Positions 1-9,665 are shown, counted from the first letter of the stretch. The stretch is DNA of 64,000 nt from Dehalococcoidia bacterium (GCA_965217705.1 CBDCJA010000002.1:1738016-1802015); one strand, 5' to 3'. The notes: generated by a model from the sequence alone, not told the origin. Numbers and translations are program-made.

Positions 1-769
1 GTGTAAGATAGTGTCGGACGGTTCCATACAGGGCGTCACCGGAGCGTTGCGCTCGCCGTACTGGTGCGACCCGAACGAGTCGGCGTGGCTGATCTACGAG
101 CAGGAAGAGCTGAACGAGATGGTGCTGGACCTGCACCGGCGGGGTTACCAGGTTATCATCCACGCCAACGGCGACGCCGCGATAGATGAGGTGCTGAACG
201 CCTACGAGTACGCGCTCGCGAAGAAGCCGGACCCGAACCAGCGGTTCAGGGTGGAGCACTGCCAGATGTGCTGGCCCGACCACATAAACCGCATGAGGCG
301 GCTGAACGTAATCCCCAACTACTTCGCCAACCACATATACTACTGGGGCGACCGGCACCGGGACATCTTCCTGGGGCCGGATCGCGGCCCGCACATAAGC
401 CCGGTGGGAGCGGCCATCCGAGCCGGCCTGCGTCCGCTGCTCCACTCCGACAGCCCGGTAACGCCCGTCAACCCGCTGATGTGCGTGCAGAGCGCCGTCA
501 GCCGGCTGACGGACACGGGAGACGTGCTCATGCCGGAGCTGCGGGCGCCCGTGCAGGAGTCTCTCCGGGCCGTCGGCTCGAACGCGGCGTTCGGCGCGTA
601 CGAGGAGCGGCTCAAAGGCTCGCTGGAGCTGGGCAAGCTGGGCGACGTGGTAGTTCTTGAGCACGACCCGTTCGTCGAGGCGGGTCACACGCTCAGCGGA
701 ATAGATGTTGCCGCCACAATCGTTGGCGGGCAGGTCATGTATGCCTCTAAGGAGCTCTCGATTGGCTAG
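1..769 (+). CDS. amidohydrolase (YtcJ-like, Amidohydro_3 type), C-terminal ~250 aa; N-terminus lies upstream of the window
   Basis: Frame is open from the window edge. About 60-65% aa identity by eye to the C-terminus of ORF 5735-7351 (shared IYEQEELNEMV, HANGDAAID, FR.EHCQ, WGDRHRD, LLHSD.PVTPV, GSLELGKLGD). Stop at 767-769. Confidence 0.85.
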   Translation, partial: CKIVSDGSIQGVTGALRSPYWCDPNESAWLIYEQEELNEMVLDLHRRGYQVIIHANGDAAIDEVLNAYEYALAKKPDPNQRFRVEHCQMCWPDHINRMRRLNVIPNYFANHIYYWGDRHRDIFLGPDRGPHISPVGAAIRAGLRPLLHSDSPVTPVNPLMCVQSAVSRLTDTGDVLMPELRAPVQESLRAVGSNAAFGAYEERLKGSLELGKLGDVVVLEHDPFVEAGHTLSGIDVAATIVGGQVMYASKELSIG

Positions 770-817
770 AAGCGATTCGGCGGCGCGACGCCGCTCTGGC
801 AAGGCGGGAGGAACAGC

Positions 818-1762
818 TTGACCGCGTACATCATCCGACGGTTTGTCGCGGCAGTGCCCGTGCTCTTCTTCGTCGCGCTGATCTCGTTTCTCATGTTCCG
901 CCTAACTCCTGGCGACCCGGCGGCTGTGCTCGCGGGCGAGAACGCGAAGTTGGAGGACATCGAGCAACTGAGGGTAAACCTCGGGTTGCACAGGCCGCTG
1001 CACATCCAGTTCGCGCTGTTTATCGGCCGAATGTTCAAGGGCGACTTCGGTGAATCGATTTTCCTCAACAAACCGGTGCTGGCGGCGGTCGTCGACCGCA
1101 TCGAGCCTACCTTGTCGCTCGCAATCGCGTCGGAAATCATCGCCCTGAGCTTTGCGATACCGATAGGGATCCTGGCGGCGTGGAAGGCGAACACCTTCGT
1201 CGACCAGGGGTTGATGTTCTTCGCGCTGCTCGGCATATCTATACCCGCCTTCTGGCTGGGCTTGATGCTCATATTCGGCATTGGAGTCGAGCTGAGGTGG
1301 CTTCCCGTGAGCGACTTCAAGTCAATAATCAGCGACGGCCCGGTGGACTTCTTCCGCCACATGATCATGCCCGCCTTCGCGCTGGGCTTCCTGCGCATGG
1401 CGCTGGTGGCCAGGCTTACGCGCTCCAGCATGTTGGAGGTGCTCCGAGAGGACTACATACGCACCGCATACGCCAAGGGGTTGGCGTCCAAGGTGGTGCT
1501 GATGCGTCACGCGATGCGCAACGCGCTGATTCCGACAGTCACCATCTGGGGCCTTGGGATGGCCAGCGTGCTCAGCGGCGCGGTGGTCATCGAGACCGTG
1601 TTCACCATTCCGGGCCTGGGTCGGCTGATCGCCGCGGCGCTGATAAACCAGGACTACCCGCTCATCCAGGCCGTTCTAATGCTGGTTGCCGGCCTGTTCA
1701 TAATCTTCAACCTGATAGTGGACATACTCTACGCCTACATGGACCCTCGAATACGTTACTAG
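818..1762 (+). CDS. ABC transporter permease, peptide/nickel type (DppB/OppB-like)
   Basis: TTG start a few nt after GGGAGG. 314 aa with multiple hydrophobic spans. N-terminal YIIRRF and the EAA-type loop EDYIRTAYAKGL are typical of family-5 binding-protein-dependent permeases. Confidence 0.9.
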   Translation: MTAYIIRRFVAAVPVLFFVALISFLMFRLTPGDPAAVLAGENAKLEDIEQLRVNLGLHRPLHIQFALFIGRMFKGDFGESIFLNKPVLAAVVDRIEPTLSLAIASEIIALSFAIPIGILAAWKANTFVDQGLMFFALLGISIPAFWLGLMLIFGIGVELRWLPVSDFKSIISDGPVDFFRHMIMPAFALGFLRMALVARLTRSSMLEVLREDYIRTAYAKGLASKVVLMRHAMRNALIPTVTIWGLGMASVLSGAVVIETVFTIPGLGRLIAAALINQDYPLIQAVLMLVAGLFIIFNLIVDILYAYMDPRIRY

Positions 1763-1870
1763 CGCCGGCGCACGTATCCGAAGGGGACTGCATGTGGGTC
1801 CTATCTCCTACCGGGGGAGAGGGGACTTTCGAAGGACCGAGGCTGGGCAGAGCATCGGACGGAGGACCAG

Positions 1871-2773
1871 TTGGAACTTACGACCACTGAAGTTGTATCG
1901 CTCCGGCGGCCGCTCAAGGAGCGTGTCAGGCGCAACATGCAGCGCGTGTGGGCCAGCGCCTACATGCGCTATGGCCTTGTCATCCTCATTACTCTCAGCC
2001 TGCTAGCCCTGTTCGCGGACGTCATCTCGACTCACGAAGCCACACGGCTCTATCCTGCCGATCGGTTGCAAGCGCCGTCCAGAGAGCACTTCTTCGGCAC
2101 CGACAACCTGGGGCGGGACGTGTACAGCCAGACGCTTGCCGGCGCGCGGTTGTCGCTGTTCATCGGCGCGACCGTCGTCGCCATATCCATACCGGTCGGC
2201 GCGGCCATAGGGATGGTGTCGGGCTACAATCGACGCGCCGACGCCGTTATCATGCGCATCGTGGACGGACTGAGCGCCTTCCCTTCGCTGGTGTTCGCGC
2301 TCGCGTTGATGGCCGCGCTGGGCGCGAGCGTGGTGAACGTCATAATCGCGCTGACTGTGACCTATCTGCCACGCACGGCGCGCATAGCGCGCGGCTCGAC
2401 TCTCGCCGTGCGGGAGCTGATGTACATCGACGCCGAACGCGCCATGGGGTCGTCGGCGTTCAGGATAATGCGCTACCACATTCTGCCCAACATCATGGCT
2501 CCCATACTGGTGCTGGCGTCGTTCACCTTTGCGACCGCCATCCTGGTAGAGGCGGGACTGAGCTTCCTGGGCGCCGGCGTGGGCGCGGACGTACCGAGCT
2601 GGGGCAGGATGATCTCGGACGCGCGGGAGTACATCAACAACAAGGGCTACCTGATGGTGTTCCCAGGCGTGGCCATTGCCGTCACGGTGCTTGGGCTGAA
2701 CCTGCTTGGCGACGGCCTGCGGGACGTGCTGGACCCGCGCCTGCGGGGGCAGTTCAAGGCAGGCGTGGACTAG
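1871..2773 (+). CDS. ABC transporter permease, peptide/nickel type (DppC/OppC-like)
   Basis: TTG start after GGAGGA. 300 aa. HFFGTDNLGRDV motif and MYIDAERAMG loop are typical of OppC/DppC. Immediately follows the DppB-like gene. Confidence 0.9.
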   Translation: MELTTTEVVSLRRPLKERVRRNMQRVWASAYMRYGLVILITLSLLALFADVISTHEATRLYPADRLQAPSREHFFGTDNLGRDVYSQTLAGARLSLFIGATVVAISIPVGAAIGMVSGYNRRADAVIMRIVDGLSAFPSLVFALALMAALGASVVNVIIALTVTYLPRTARIARGSTLAVRELMYIDAERAMGSSAFRIMRYHILPNIMAPILVLASFTFATAILVEAGLSFLGAGVGADVPSWGRMISDAREYINNKGYLMVFPGVAIAVTVLGLNLLGDGLRDVLDPRLRGQFKAGVD

Positions 2774-2779
2774 CCGTCT

Positions 2780-3389
2780 CTAGCGACCGTCCTCCGAACC
2801 GTAGTACCATCGGTCCACAACTTCGATGACGACTGCCGTAAGCTCTGGGCCAGCGGCGCCCACAAACGCGGCCTTTACCGAACATTCCCCACGCCCTATG
2901 CCTGTACACTCGCTATCACTCGTGAGCGTCTCACTCTTCAACGTTAGATACAGCTTCCGCAATCCATGCCGGAACCGCTCTTCGCCCAGACTGTCATACA
3001 GGTTATAGAACATCCCCCACCCCAACTTGTAGTGGCAGTACGAATCGTCGAGACGCTGGCGGTCGAGGAAAGCCAGGTTGTCGGATTCCTGGCACGACGA
3101 GTCGTAACCTTCCAATGGCGCTCCGATGCGTGAGTTCTCCGAGGCCCTTTCGAAGAAAACCGCCAGCCCTTCCCGAAGCCAGACGGGAGCAGACGCCCAA
3201 TACACGTGCGCCGCCTCGTGCGCGCGACTCCATTGCCGCCCGCGCTGCTCGAGAATTGGCTAAACCCGCTGACGTCAAGAGGCTCGCAGGAGTCGTCAGA
3301 ACAAATGACTTGTCCACCCAACCCTGTTTGACTGTTGCTAGAATCGTGACGAGAAGAGCAACGCAATTGCTCCCAGAGCCAACGGCCAA
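2780..3389 (-). pseudogene. remnant of a Peptidase_MA-like (HExxH ... EGLA) zinc metalloprotease, apparently frameshifted
   Basis: ORF 2780-3205 starts at a GTG. The in-frame codons just upstream read SRAHEAAH (HExxH at 3206-3220) and then hit a stop at 3260-3262. A hydrophobic N-terminal segment sits in a different frame (ORF 3003-3389). Downstream WLREGLAVFFE resembles [11 protein letters not shown] of the intact protease at 47144-48862. Confidence 0.4.
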
Positions 3390-3411
3390 CGTGACTCCAC
3401 GAAGTAGTTGC

Positions 3412-4812
3412 TCATGGACATTCTACCTCTGCAGAAATATCCTGGTCCTGTGAAGGGTCTGTTATGCGGAGACGACCATCAAAGTCCACCTGCACCAGTA
3501 TACGCACATCGGTTCCGTTACTGGACATAGTGCTGATTTCTCTACCTGGACGATGGATGGCGACTTTAGCCCCATCGGGTGACCAGGCGGCCGAAATAGG
3601 CGGCCAACTGGGAGCCAGACAACGTAGCCCGTCACCGTCCGTGCTCACGACGTAAACTGAACCAAACACGAAGAGCAACGCAGACCCCTCGGGCGACCAT
3701 ACAACTTGGGATATGTGCGTCGCTTCGTTGCCAGGCTTACCGCGCCAGATGGTATGTAGGCCCGTACCGTCAGGCCTGACCCTGCGGATTACTGGCGTCT
3801 CTCCATCAAGAGATGCAAAAGCAATCTCCTTGCCGTCTGGGGACCAAGTGGCGGGCGCCGTGGCTTGACCGATTCTGGTCAAGTCCGACCCGTCGAGGCC
3901 GACCACATATAGAACGATATCAAACGGAGGCTCTTCGCCTTCTTAGGCGAGATAAGCCAACCGCTGACCGTCGGGGGACCATACCGGCGGATACAAGGCG
4001 ACCCGGCCGGTGCCTCCAATCCGCCTGAACTCTCCTTCCGGCGATTCGGATTCGTCGGCTGCAATCAGCGCTATTTTTGCGTTCTTTTGGTAATAGGAAG
4101 TTGGGTAATGGTATTGGTTCAACGGCAGTGTACTGAATTCCCCTATGTGAGCCACGAAGGCAATTTGCTTACCGTCGGGTGACCACGAAGGGTGATTGAC
4201 TAATCCGGGGGCCTGCGTCAGCCGATTCCTCTCTTGGCCCCTGACGTCGACTGTTCCGAGCTCGTAGGCCTCAAGTGCCTCAAGGCGAGGTTCGGTGTTC
4301 CAAACCCCAATTCCCTCCCGTCGCTCGATTAACCTATTGTCGGGATATTCACAGGTGGAGTAGACGATGCGAGAACCGTCGGGGAATACGTCAGCGTGAA
4401 ATCCGTATAGAAACCTTAGGCTCGACCCGCGCGAGTCGACGGCGCTCTGGTAGTTAAGGTCCACGTCGGCAACCTGCAGCAGGTCGCTGCTTTCAAGGCC
4501 CAGTACCCGTATGGTGTCGTCATCATTGAACACCAGGTGGGAGCCGTCTCGGGTCCAGTGAAGGAAATTTTCTTGCGCTTCCTTACTGTATGGCATATGA
4601 GAAGGGCCGCATGGGTGAAGCTCGTGCGGTATCGCTTCTATGTAAGTCTCGGCAGGCGTACTGGTTGGCGACGTTGACTGCGAAATGGGGGGCGATGAGT
4701 TTGACCCCTCACTTCCGTTTTCGCCGGAATCGCACGCAGTGATCGTCAGCAGGAAAGCCAGCATCACCAACCCTACTCCCAACCCAGTGGGCACTCGTGT
4801 TGTACGCGTCAT
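3412..4812 (-). pseudogene. TolB-like PD40 beta-propeller lipoprotein interrupted by one in-frame TAA
   Basis: ORFs 3943-4842 and 3412-3906 are in the same frame, separated only by a TAA at 3943-3945. The read-through sequence ...WSPDGQRLAYLA*EGEEPPFDIVLYVVGLDGSDLTRIG is a normal PD40 repeat junction. There are repeated WSPDG motifs. N-terminus MTRTTRV...LLTITAC is a lipoprotein signal (ATG at 4812). Confidence 0.7.
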
Positions 4813-4819
4813 CTGTAGA

Positions 4820-5167
4820 TCACCTGCCTTGGTACAGGGCATACATGGCCATCACACGGTGTACGTGGGTCTCGCAGGGGTCGACTTGGCCGTCGTCCAG
4901 CGCGCCACAGCCGTCGCCGCTCAGGCGGTGCTGGACGTGGTGGCCCGACGCGGCACTCACAGCCAGCCACGACAGGTCTGCCGTCTCGTCGGCGGTAGCC
5001 ATGGCCGAGAGACTCGCCGTCGCTGGCGCGAACACCGGCGGCGGTCGGCTTTGTCGTCGGGTCGATCGTAGGGGCGCACAGGCCAGAGCCGCAGACAGGA
5101 ACAGCCCGGACGCGCACAACCGGAGGGTCCTACCGCAGGCTGTACCGCTGGTACAACGCATTCTCAC
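4820..5167 (-). CDS. hypothetical small secreted Cys/His-rich protein (weak call)
   Basis: 115-aa ORF with a signal-like LFLSAALACAP and a His/Cys/Asp-rich C-terminus. It ends 8 nt before the PD40 start. Three overlapping ORFs exist here, so the frame choice is uncertain. Confidence 0.3.
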   Translation of the reverse strand: MRMRCTSGTACGRTLRLCASGLFLSAALACAPLRSTRRQSRPPPVFAPATASLSAMATADETADLSWLAVSAASGHHVQHRLSGDGCGALDDGQVDPCETHVHRVMAMYALYQGR

Positions 5168-5209
5168 GACCGTCTGCCTATACCCCTGTCAACCTTCTGA
5201 TTTCGTCGC

Positions 5210-5243
5210 CCTGCGTGGGCAGTTCAGGGCGGGCGTGGACTAG
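5210..5243 (+). repeat. relic copy of the last 10 codons plus stop of the DppC-like permease gene
   Basis: cctgcgtgggcagttcagggcgggcgtggactag versus 2740-2773 cctgcgggggcagttcaaggcaggcgtggactag. 31/34 identical, same orientation. Confidence 0.8.
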
Positions 5244-5653
5244 GGGGCGTCCTCGGTCAGCCTGGCCTCGGCGTCCTCGAAGATCGCTGTCAACGATCTG
5301 GCGTTGTCTATTCCGCGCCGAACCAGATACTCGGGGAAGTTCTCTTCGTAGAAGTTGATATGGAGTTGCTCGATCGTCGACAGCTTGTCCACGTTTGGGC
5401 CATAATCGTCGGCTATGCTGAGCAGACGGTCAGCGTTCTTGCGGATGTGGTAGTGGGAAAAATGGTCCCAGCCATTCACTTCCGCAACGGCCTTGAGGTA
5501 GTGCGCCACCGCGCCCCAAGCCTTCTCCGACGCTTGGAGCAGGTCTCCCTTCTCGAACTCCTCCTCGGCCTGCCGTAGGAAGATTGCGCTGATTTCTTTG
5601 TGCCTTGCGGTAGTAGCCATAGCTTCCCCCAGTAGCCCCTCCGTGAACCCCAA
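5240..5653 (-). CDS. PaREP1-like (HEPN-superfamily) protein
   Basis: 137 aa. EKGDLLQASEKAWGAVAHYLKAVA ... SHYHIRKNADRL ... LHINFYE matches the PaREP1 signature (KGD..QASEK.WGA...K..A...SH...LH.NFYE) as I recall it. Confidence 0.65.
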   Translation of the reverse strand: MGFTEGLLGEAMATTARHKEISAIFLRQAEEEFEKGDLLQASEKAWGAVAHYLKAVAEVNGWDHFSHYHIRKNADRLLSIADDYGPNVDKLSTIEQLHINFYEENFPEYLVRRGIDNARSLTAIFEDAEARLTEDAP

Positions 5654-5734
5654 TCTATCGTGCTCTCGGGGCCAGCGTCAAGCGAACCTTGGCCAATGTG
5701 TTCGCCTCCGTACATCCAGGGGGCCTTGCATCCC

Positions 5735-7351
5735 TTACCCTATCGACAGCTCGTCGTCGTTGTACATGATCTGGCCGCCCACCACGGTGGCCGCCACCTC
5801 GATCTGGCCGATGTCCTTCGGCGCTTCGGCGAACGGGTCCTGATTCAGCACCACGAGGTCGCCCAGCTTGCCAAGCTCCAGGCTGCCCTTCACGTCCTCC
5901 TCGAACGCGCCCCGCGCCGCGTTGACCGTCATCGTCTCTATGGCCTGCCGCACGGATATTCGCTCCGGGTCGTTCAGCACCTCGCCCGAGCTGGTCACGC
6001 GGGCCGCGGCGCTCTGTATGCAGAAGAGCGGACTGACCGGCGTCACCGGGCAGTCGGAGTGCAGCAGCGGCTTGATGCCGGCCTGAACCGCCGAGCCTAC
6101 CGGATCCAGGTTGCGCACGCGGTCGGGTCCCAGGAACCGGTCACGGTGCCGGTCGCCCCAGAAGTAGACGTGGTTGGCGAAGAAGTCGGGAATTACCCCA
6201 AGCTCCCGCATCTTGTCGATGTGCTCGGGGTGGCACACCTGGCAGTGCTCGATGCGGAAGCGGTGGTCGGCCTTGGGGATGGCCCGCAGTGCATTCTCGT
6301 AGGCTATCAGCGTCGAGTCTATCGCGGCGTCGCCGTTCGCGTGGGTCGCGATCTGGTAGCCCCGCTCGTGCAGCGTCATCACCATCTCGTTCAGCTCTTC
6401 CTGCTCGTAGATAAGCCAGCCCTTCTGGCTGTCGTCGCAGAAGTACGGCTCGCGCAACGCCGCCGTTATACCCTGTATCGAGCCGTCGGACACTATCTTG
6501 CACCCGGCGACCCGAACCCACTCGTCGCCGAAACCGGACTGCAGGGCGAAGTCCAGCTCCTTGAGCAGCGCCCACTGTATGAACATGTTAACCCTGAACT
6601 TGAGGAATCCCTCGCGCCTGGCCTGCTGGTAGGTCTTCAGGATGTCCACGCCACGACCGCGGCCCACGCCGGCGTCGTGTATGGTTGTAACCCCCTGGCG
6701 CAGGTACTCGTCCTGGGCCATGGTGAAGCCCTTGCGAATCTCCTGCTCGTCGTAGGTGCGCACGATCTCCTGCACGGCGGTCTGGGCCGTTTCGTACAAC
6801 ATGCCGTCGGGTTCGGGACTGCCCGGGAAGCGCCCTATGAGTCCGCCCGACGGGTCGCGGGTCTCGGCGTGGATGTTGGCCATCTCCAGAGCGCGGCTGT
6901 TGGCCGCCAGCATGTGGCCGGAGTTGTGCACTATCATGATGGGGTGCTCGGTGGACACGTCATCCAGGTCGTTGCGGTTGGGATGCCGCATGTCCTCGAG
7001 GCCGGTGTCGTCGTAGCCGCGTCCGCGCACCCAGTCGCCCAGCGGGGTCACGGCCGCCCGCTCGCGCAGTCGTTCCACTATGTCGCCTATGTTGCGGTTC
7101 GGTGGCGTCCTGACGTCGACCTCGAGCAGGCTGGTACCGAAGCCCACCATGTGGTTGTGCGGCTCGATGAAGCCCGGGAGCACCGCCCTGCCCGCCGCGT
7201 CGATGACCGTGGTTCCGGAGGTGCGCCCCGCCAGCACGTCGGAGTTGGCGCCAAGCGCGACGAGTCTGCCGTCCTTCACGCCCACGGCCTCAAACACGCT
7301 GCCGGCGCTGTCCATAGTCTCGACTCTGGCGTTGACAACTATCAGGTCCAT
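5735..7351 (-). CDS. amidohydrolase (YtcJ-like metal-dependent hydrolase)
   Basis: 538 aa. N-terminal IVVNARV.TMD...GFIEPHNH metal-binding motif. HANGDAAID, EHCQ and HSD motifs. Paralogous to 1-769 and 42604-44214. Confidence 0.9.
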   Translation of the reverse strand: MDLIVVNARVETMDSAGSVFEAVGVKDGRLVALGANSDVLAGRTSGTTVIDAAGRAVLPGFIEPHNHMVGFGTSLLEVDVRTPPNRNIGDIVERLRERAAVTPLGDWVRGRGYDDTGLEDMRHPNRNDLDDVSTEHPIMIVHNSGHMLAANSRALEMANIHAETRDPSGGLIGRFPGSPEPDGMLYETAQTAVQEIVRTYDEQEIRKGFTMAQDEYLRQGVTTIHDAGVGRGRGVDILKTYQQARREGFLKFRVNMFIQWALLKELDFALQSGFGDEWVRVAGCKIVSDGSIQGITAALREPYFCDDSQKGWLIYEQEELNEMVMTLHERGYQIATHANGDAAIDSTLIAYENALRAIPKADHRFRIEHCQVCHPEHIDKMRELGVIPDFFANHVYFWGDRHRDRFLGPDRVRNLDPVGSAVQAGIKPLLHSDCPVTPVSPLFCIQSAAARVTSSGEVLNDPERISVRQAIETMTVNAARGAFEEDVKGSLELGKLGDLVVLNQDPFAEAPKDIGQIEVAATVVGGQIMYNDDELSIG

Positions 7352-7585
7352 CGGTGTTCACTCCCGGGGCAGGCTGCGCCGCCCGATCTATAGCCGCGGA
7401 TAACGGCGCCATTCTAACACAGCGAGCCAGACGGCCATCGGTCAGGACGTCGTTCTCCCCTGAAAGGGGCGGGGCCGAGGCCCACCCTGGGTGTGAGGGA
7501 CGGCGCCCAGTGGCGCGATTAGCCCGGAGCGGGGCGTATGGCCTATAATACCGCCGAGTAAAGCGCGTTGCGAGGAGGTTTCAGC

Positions 7586-9319
7586 ATGGCACTGAGAAGC
7601 GTTTGGAGGCCGTGGAAGGACGAGGTTGTCGCCGATGGCGGCGCGGTCGCGAGCGAGCGTCCGCTCACCTCGGAGGTGGGCATCGACGTGCTACGGCAGG
7701 GCGGCAACGCGGTCGATGCCGCGGTCGCGATGGGTTTCTGCGCTGCCGTGATAGAGCCGCAGAGCTCGTGCGTCGCCGGACACGGACAGATGCTGGTGCA
7801 CATGAACGGCCGGACCACGGCGCTGGACTTTTCGCACCGTGCGCCGAAGGCGGCTACGCCCGACATGTACAATATCCTGCGCCAGGTCGAGCACGGCAAC
7901 GGGCTATACGAGGTGGAGGGCCACGCCAACGCGGTCGGCCACCTATCGGCCGGAGTTCCAGGCACAATTGCCGGCATGTGCAAAGCGCACGAAATGTTCG
8001 GCACCCTGCCGCTGGAGCAGCTCGTGGAGCCGGCGATCCATTATGCCAGCGAGGGCTACCTGCCGGACTGGCAGAACGTGTTTGCGATCGGCCAGGCCAT
8101 GAACGACTTCCAGAAGTATGGGGAGCCGGCGAGGGTCTTCTTGCCCAACGGGCTGCCGCCCCGAATGGGCGTCGACAAGGTGGTCCAGCGCGACCTGGCC
8201 GACACGCTGCGGCGCGTGGCGCGCCACGGCAAGGCGGGCGTGTACGAGGGCGAAGTGCCCCACGCCGTCGAGGAGTACATGCGCGCGAACGGCGGCTGCC
8301 TGAGCGCGGCGGACTTCCACGATTACGAAGTGGTCGTGTTGGAGCCGGCGAGCATAACTTACAGGGGCATCGAGATATTGGGTGTGCCGGTGCCCAGCGG
8401 CTGCACGACGGCGATGCAGATCCTGAACGTGCTCGACAACTTCGACGTAGCAGCTCTCGGCCACAACTCGGCGGAGTACCTGCACCTGTTCGTCGAGGCG
8501 GCGCGCCATGCTTTCGCGGACCGCTACCGATACCTGGGCGATCCAGACTTCGGGCCGGTGCCGATGAGGGGAATTCTGTCGGACGGGTACGCTCGCTCAG
8601 TGGCGGCCGCTGTCGACACCGAGCGAGCGGCGTTGGAGGGCCGGTCGGACAAGCAGCCCTGGGTGGAGTACGCGGACGAGGCATTGCACGACCCATGGGT
8701 GTTCGACCCGCAGCCGCGCCCGCTCGTGGAAGCCGCCGCGTCGCCGCCAAGCGTGGGCGACTGCACGACGCACTACGGGGCGATCGACGCCGACCGCAAC
8801 ATGGTGTCGTGCACGCAGACGGCGGTCGGCGGATTCGGGTCGCGCGTCATCGTGCCGGGCACGGGGCTGTTGCTCACGAACGGAATGGTCGTCTTCAACC
8901 CAAAGCCGGGCACCGCAAACTCGATCGCCGGCTACAAGCGCGGCCTCGCGAACATGGTGCCGCTGCTGGCGCTGCGTGACGGCGAGCCTATGCTGAGCAT
9001 CGGCGCCCCGGGCGGGCGAAAGATCATGAACTGCAACGCGCAGATCATCATGAACGTGATCGACTTCGGCATGGGGATTCAGGAGGCGATCGCCGCACCG
9101 AGGGTGGACGCGGCGGACAGGGAGACGTACGTCGACTCGCGAATAGACTCCGGGACGGTGGACGCGCTGCGCGACATGGGCCACGGCGTGGAGGTGGTGG
9201 AAGAGACGCCGGCGCAGGGCAACTTCGCCGTGCCGGTGGGTCTGATGGTGGACGGCGACACGGGCCGCATTCACGCCGGTGTGGACGTGTTCAGGCAAGC
9301 CGAAGCCCGGGGGTTCTAG
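7586..9319 (+). CDS. ggt: gamma-glutamyltransferase
   Basis: ATG 8 nt after GAGGAGG. 577 aa. Autoprocessing/nucleophile region GDCTTHYGAID and C-terminal GAPGG.KI motifs are typical of GGT. Confidence 0.9.
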   Translation: MALRSVWRPWKDEVVADGGAVASERPLTSEVGIDVLRQGGNAVDAAVAMGFCAAVIEPQSSCVAGHGQMLVHMNGRTTALDFSHRAPKAATPDMYNILRQVEHGNGLYEVEGHANAVGHLSAGVPGTIAGMCKAHEMFGTLPLEQLVEPAIHYASEGYLPDWQNVFAIGQAMNDFQKYGEPARVFLPNGLPPRMGVDKVVQRDLADTLRRVARHGKAGVYEGEVPHAVEEYMRANGGCLSAADFHDYEVVVLEPASITYRGIEILGVPVPSGCTTAMQILNVLDNFDVAALGHNSAEYLHLFVEAARHAFADRYRYLGDPDFGPVPMRGILSDGYARSVAAAVDTERAALEGRSDKQPWVEYADEALHDPWVFDPQPRPLVEAAASPPSVGDCTTHYGAIDADRNMVSCTQTAVGGFGSRVIVPGTGLLLTNGMVVFNPKPGTANSIAGYKRGLANMVPLLALRDGEPMLSIGAPGGRKIMNCNAQIIMNVIDFGMGIQEAIAAPRVDAADRETYVDSRIDSGTVDALRDMGHGVEVVEETPAQGNFAVPVGLMVDGDTGRIHAGVDVFRQAEARGF

Positions 9320-9406
9320 GGCACAGGGCATACCGGTCGGCACGCAACCACGAATGGGGGGCCCGCGAGCCTCACGCGCCCGGGGGGCGGGCCAGCCGGG
9401 GCGATC

Positions 9407-9622
9407 CTATTCGGAGCAGCGGACGCACACGTAGCCGTCACCTTGTTCCTGTGCAATGCCGACCGCCACGTTCCGCTTGCGGCCGCACGCGGTGCACGTG
9501 ACAGCGACGAGCGGAGTGTTGCCCGGCCTGTCGGGCTCGTTCGCGTAGCCCCGGAAACCCCTGTAATCGGGGTTCAGGCGCTTCATACGTTCGTACCGCT
9601 GCGTGTCTCTACGTCGGCCCAT
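9407..9622 (-). CDS. small zinc-ribbon protein (CxxC...CxxC), function unknown
   Basis: 71-aa ORF with normal composition. Cys pairs TCTACGRK and VCVRCSE. Confidence 0.5.
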   Translation of the reverse strand: MGRRRDTQRYERMKRLNPDYRGFRGYANEPDRPGNTPLVAVTCTACGRKRNVAVGIAQEQGDGYVCVRCSE

Positions 9623-9665
9623 GTCGGTGCGGAACCTCGTTGGGGGTGAAGCGGCTAGCGCGACT

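Noticed and set aside
5660-7393. Very long ORFs antisense to, or out of frame with, well-supported genes. Examples: 5660-7393(+), 14969-16261(-), 22499-23878(-), 42400-44154(-), 44257-45588(-), 56786-58486(+), 16434-17651(+), 7603-8979(+).
   Set aside because: Their translations are Arg/Ala/Gly/Pro/His-rich with no recognisable motifs. Each fully overlaps a frame with strong family signatures. This is the expected stop-codon-poor shadow-ORF effect in high-GC DNA.
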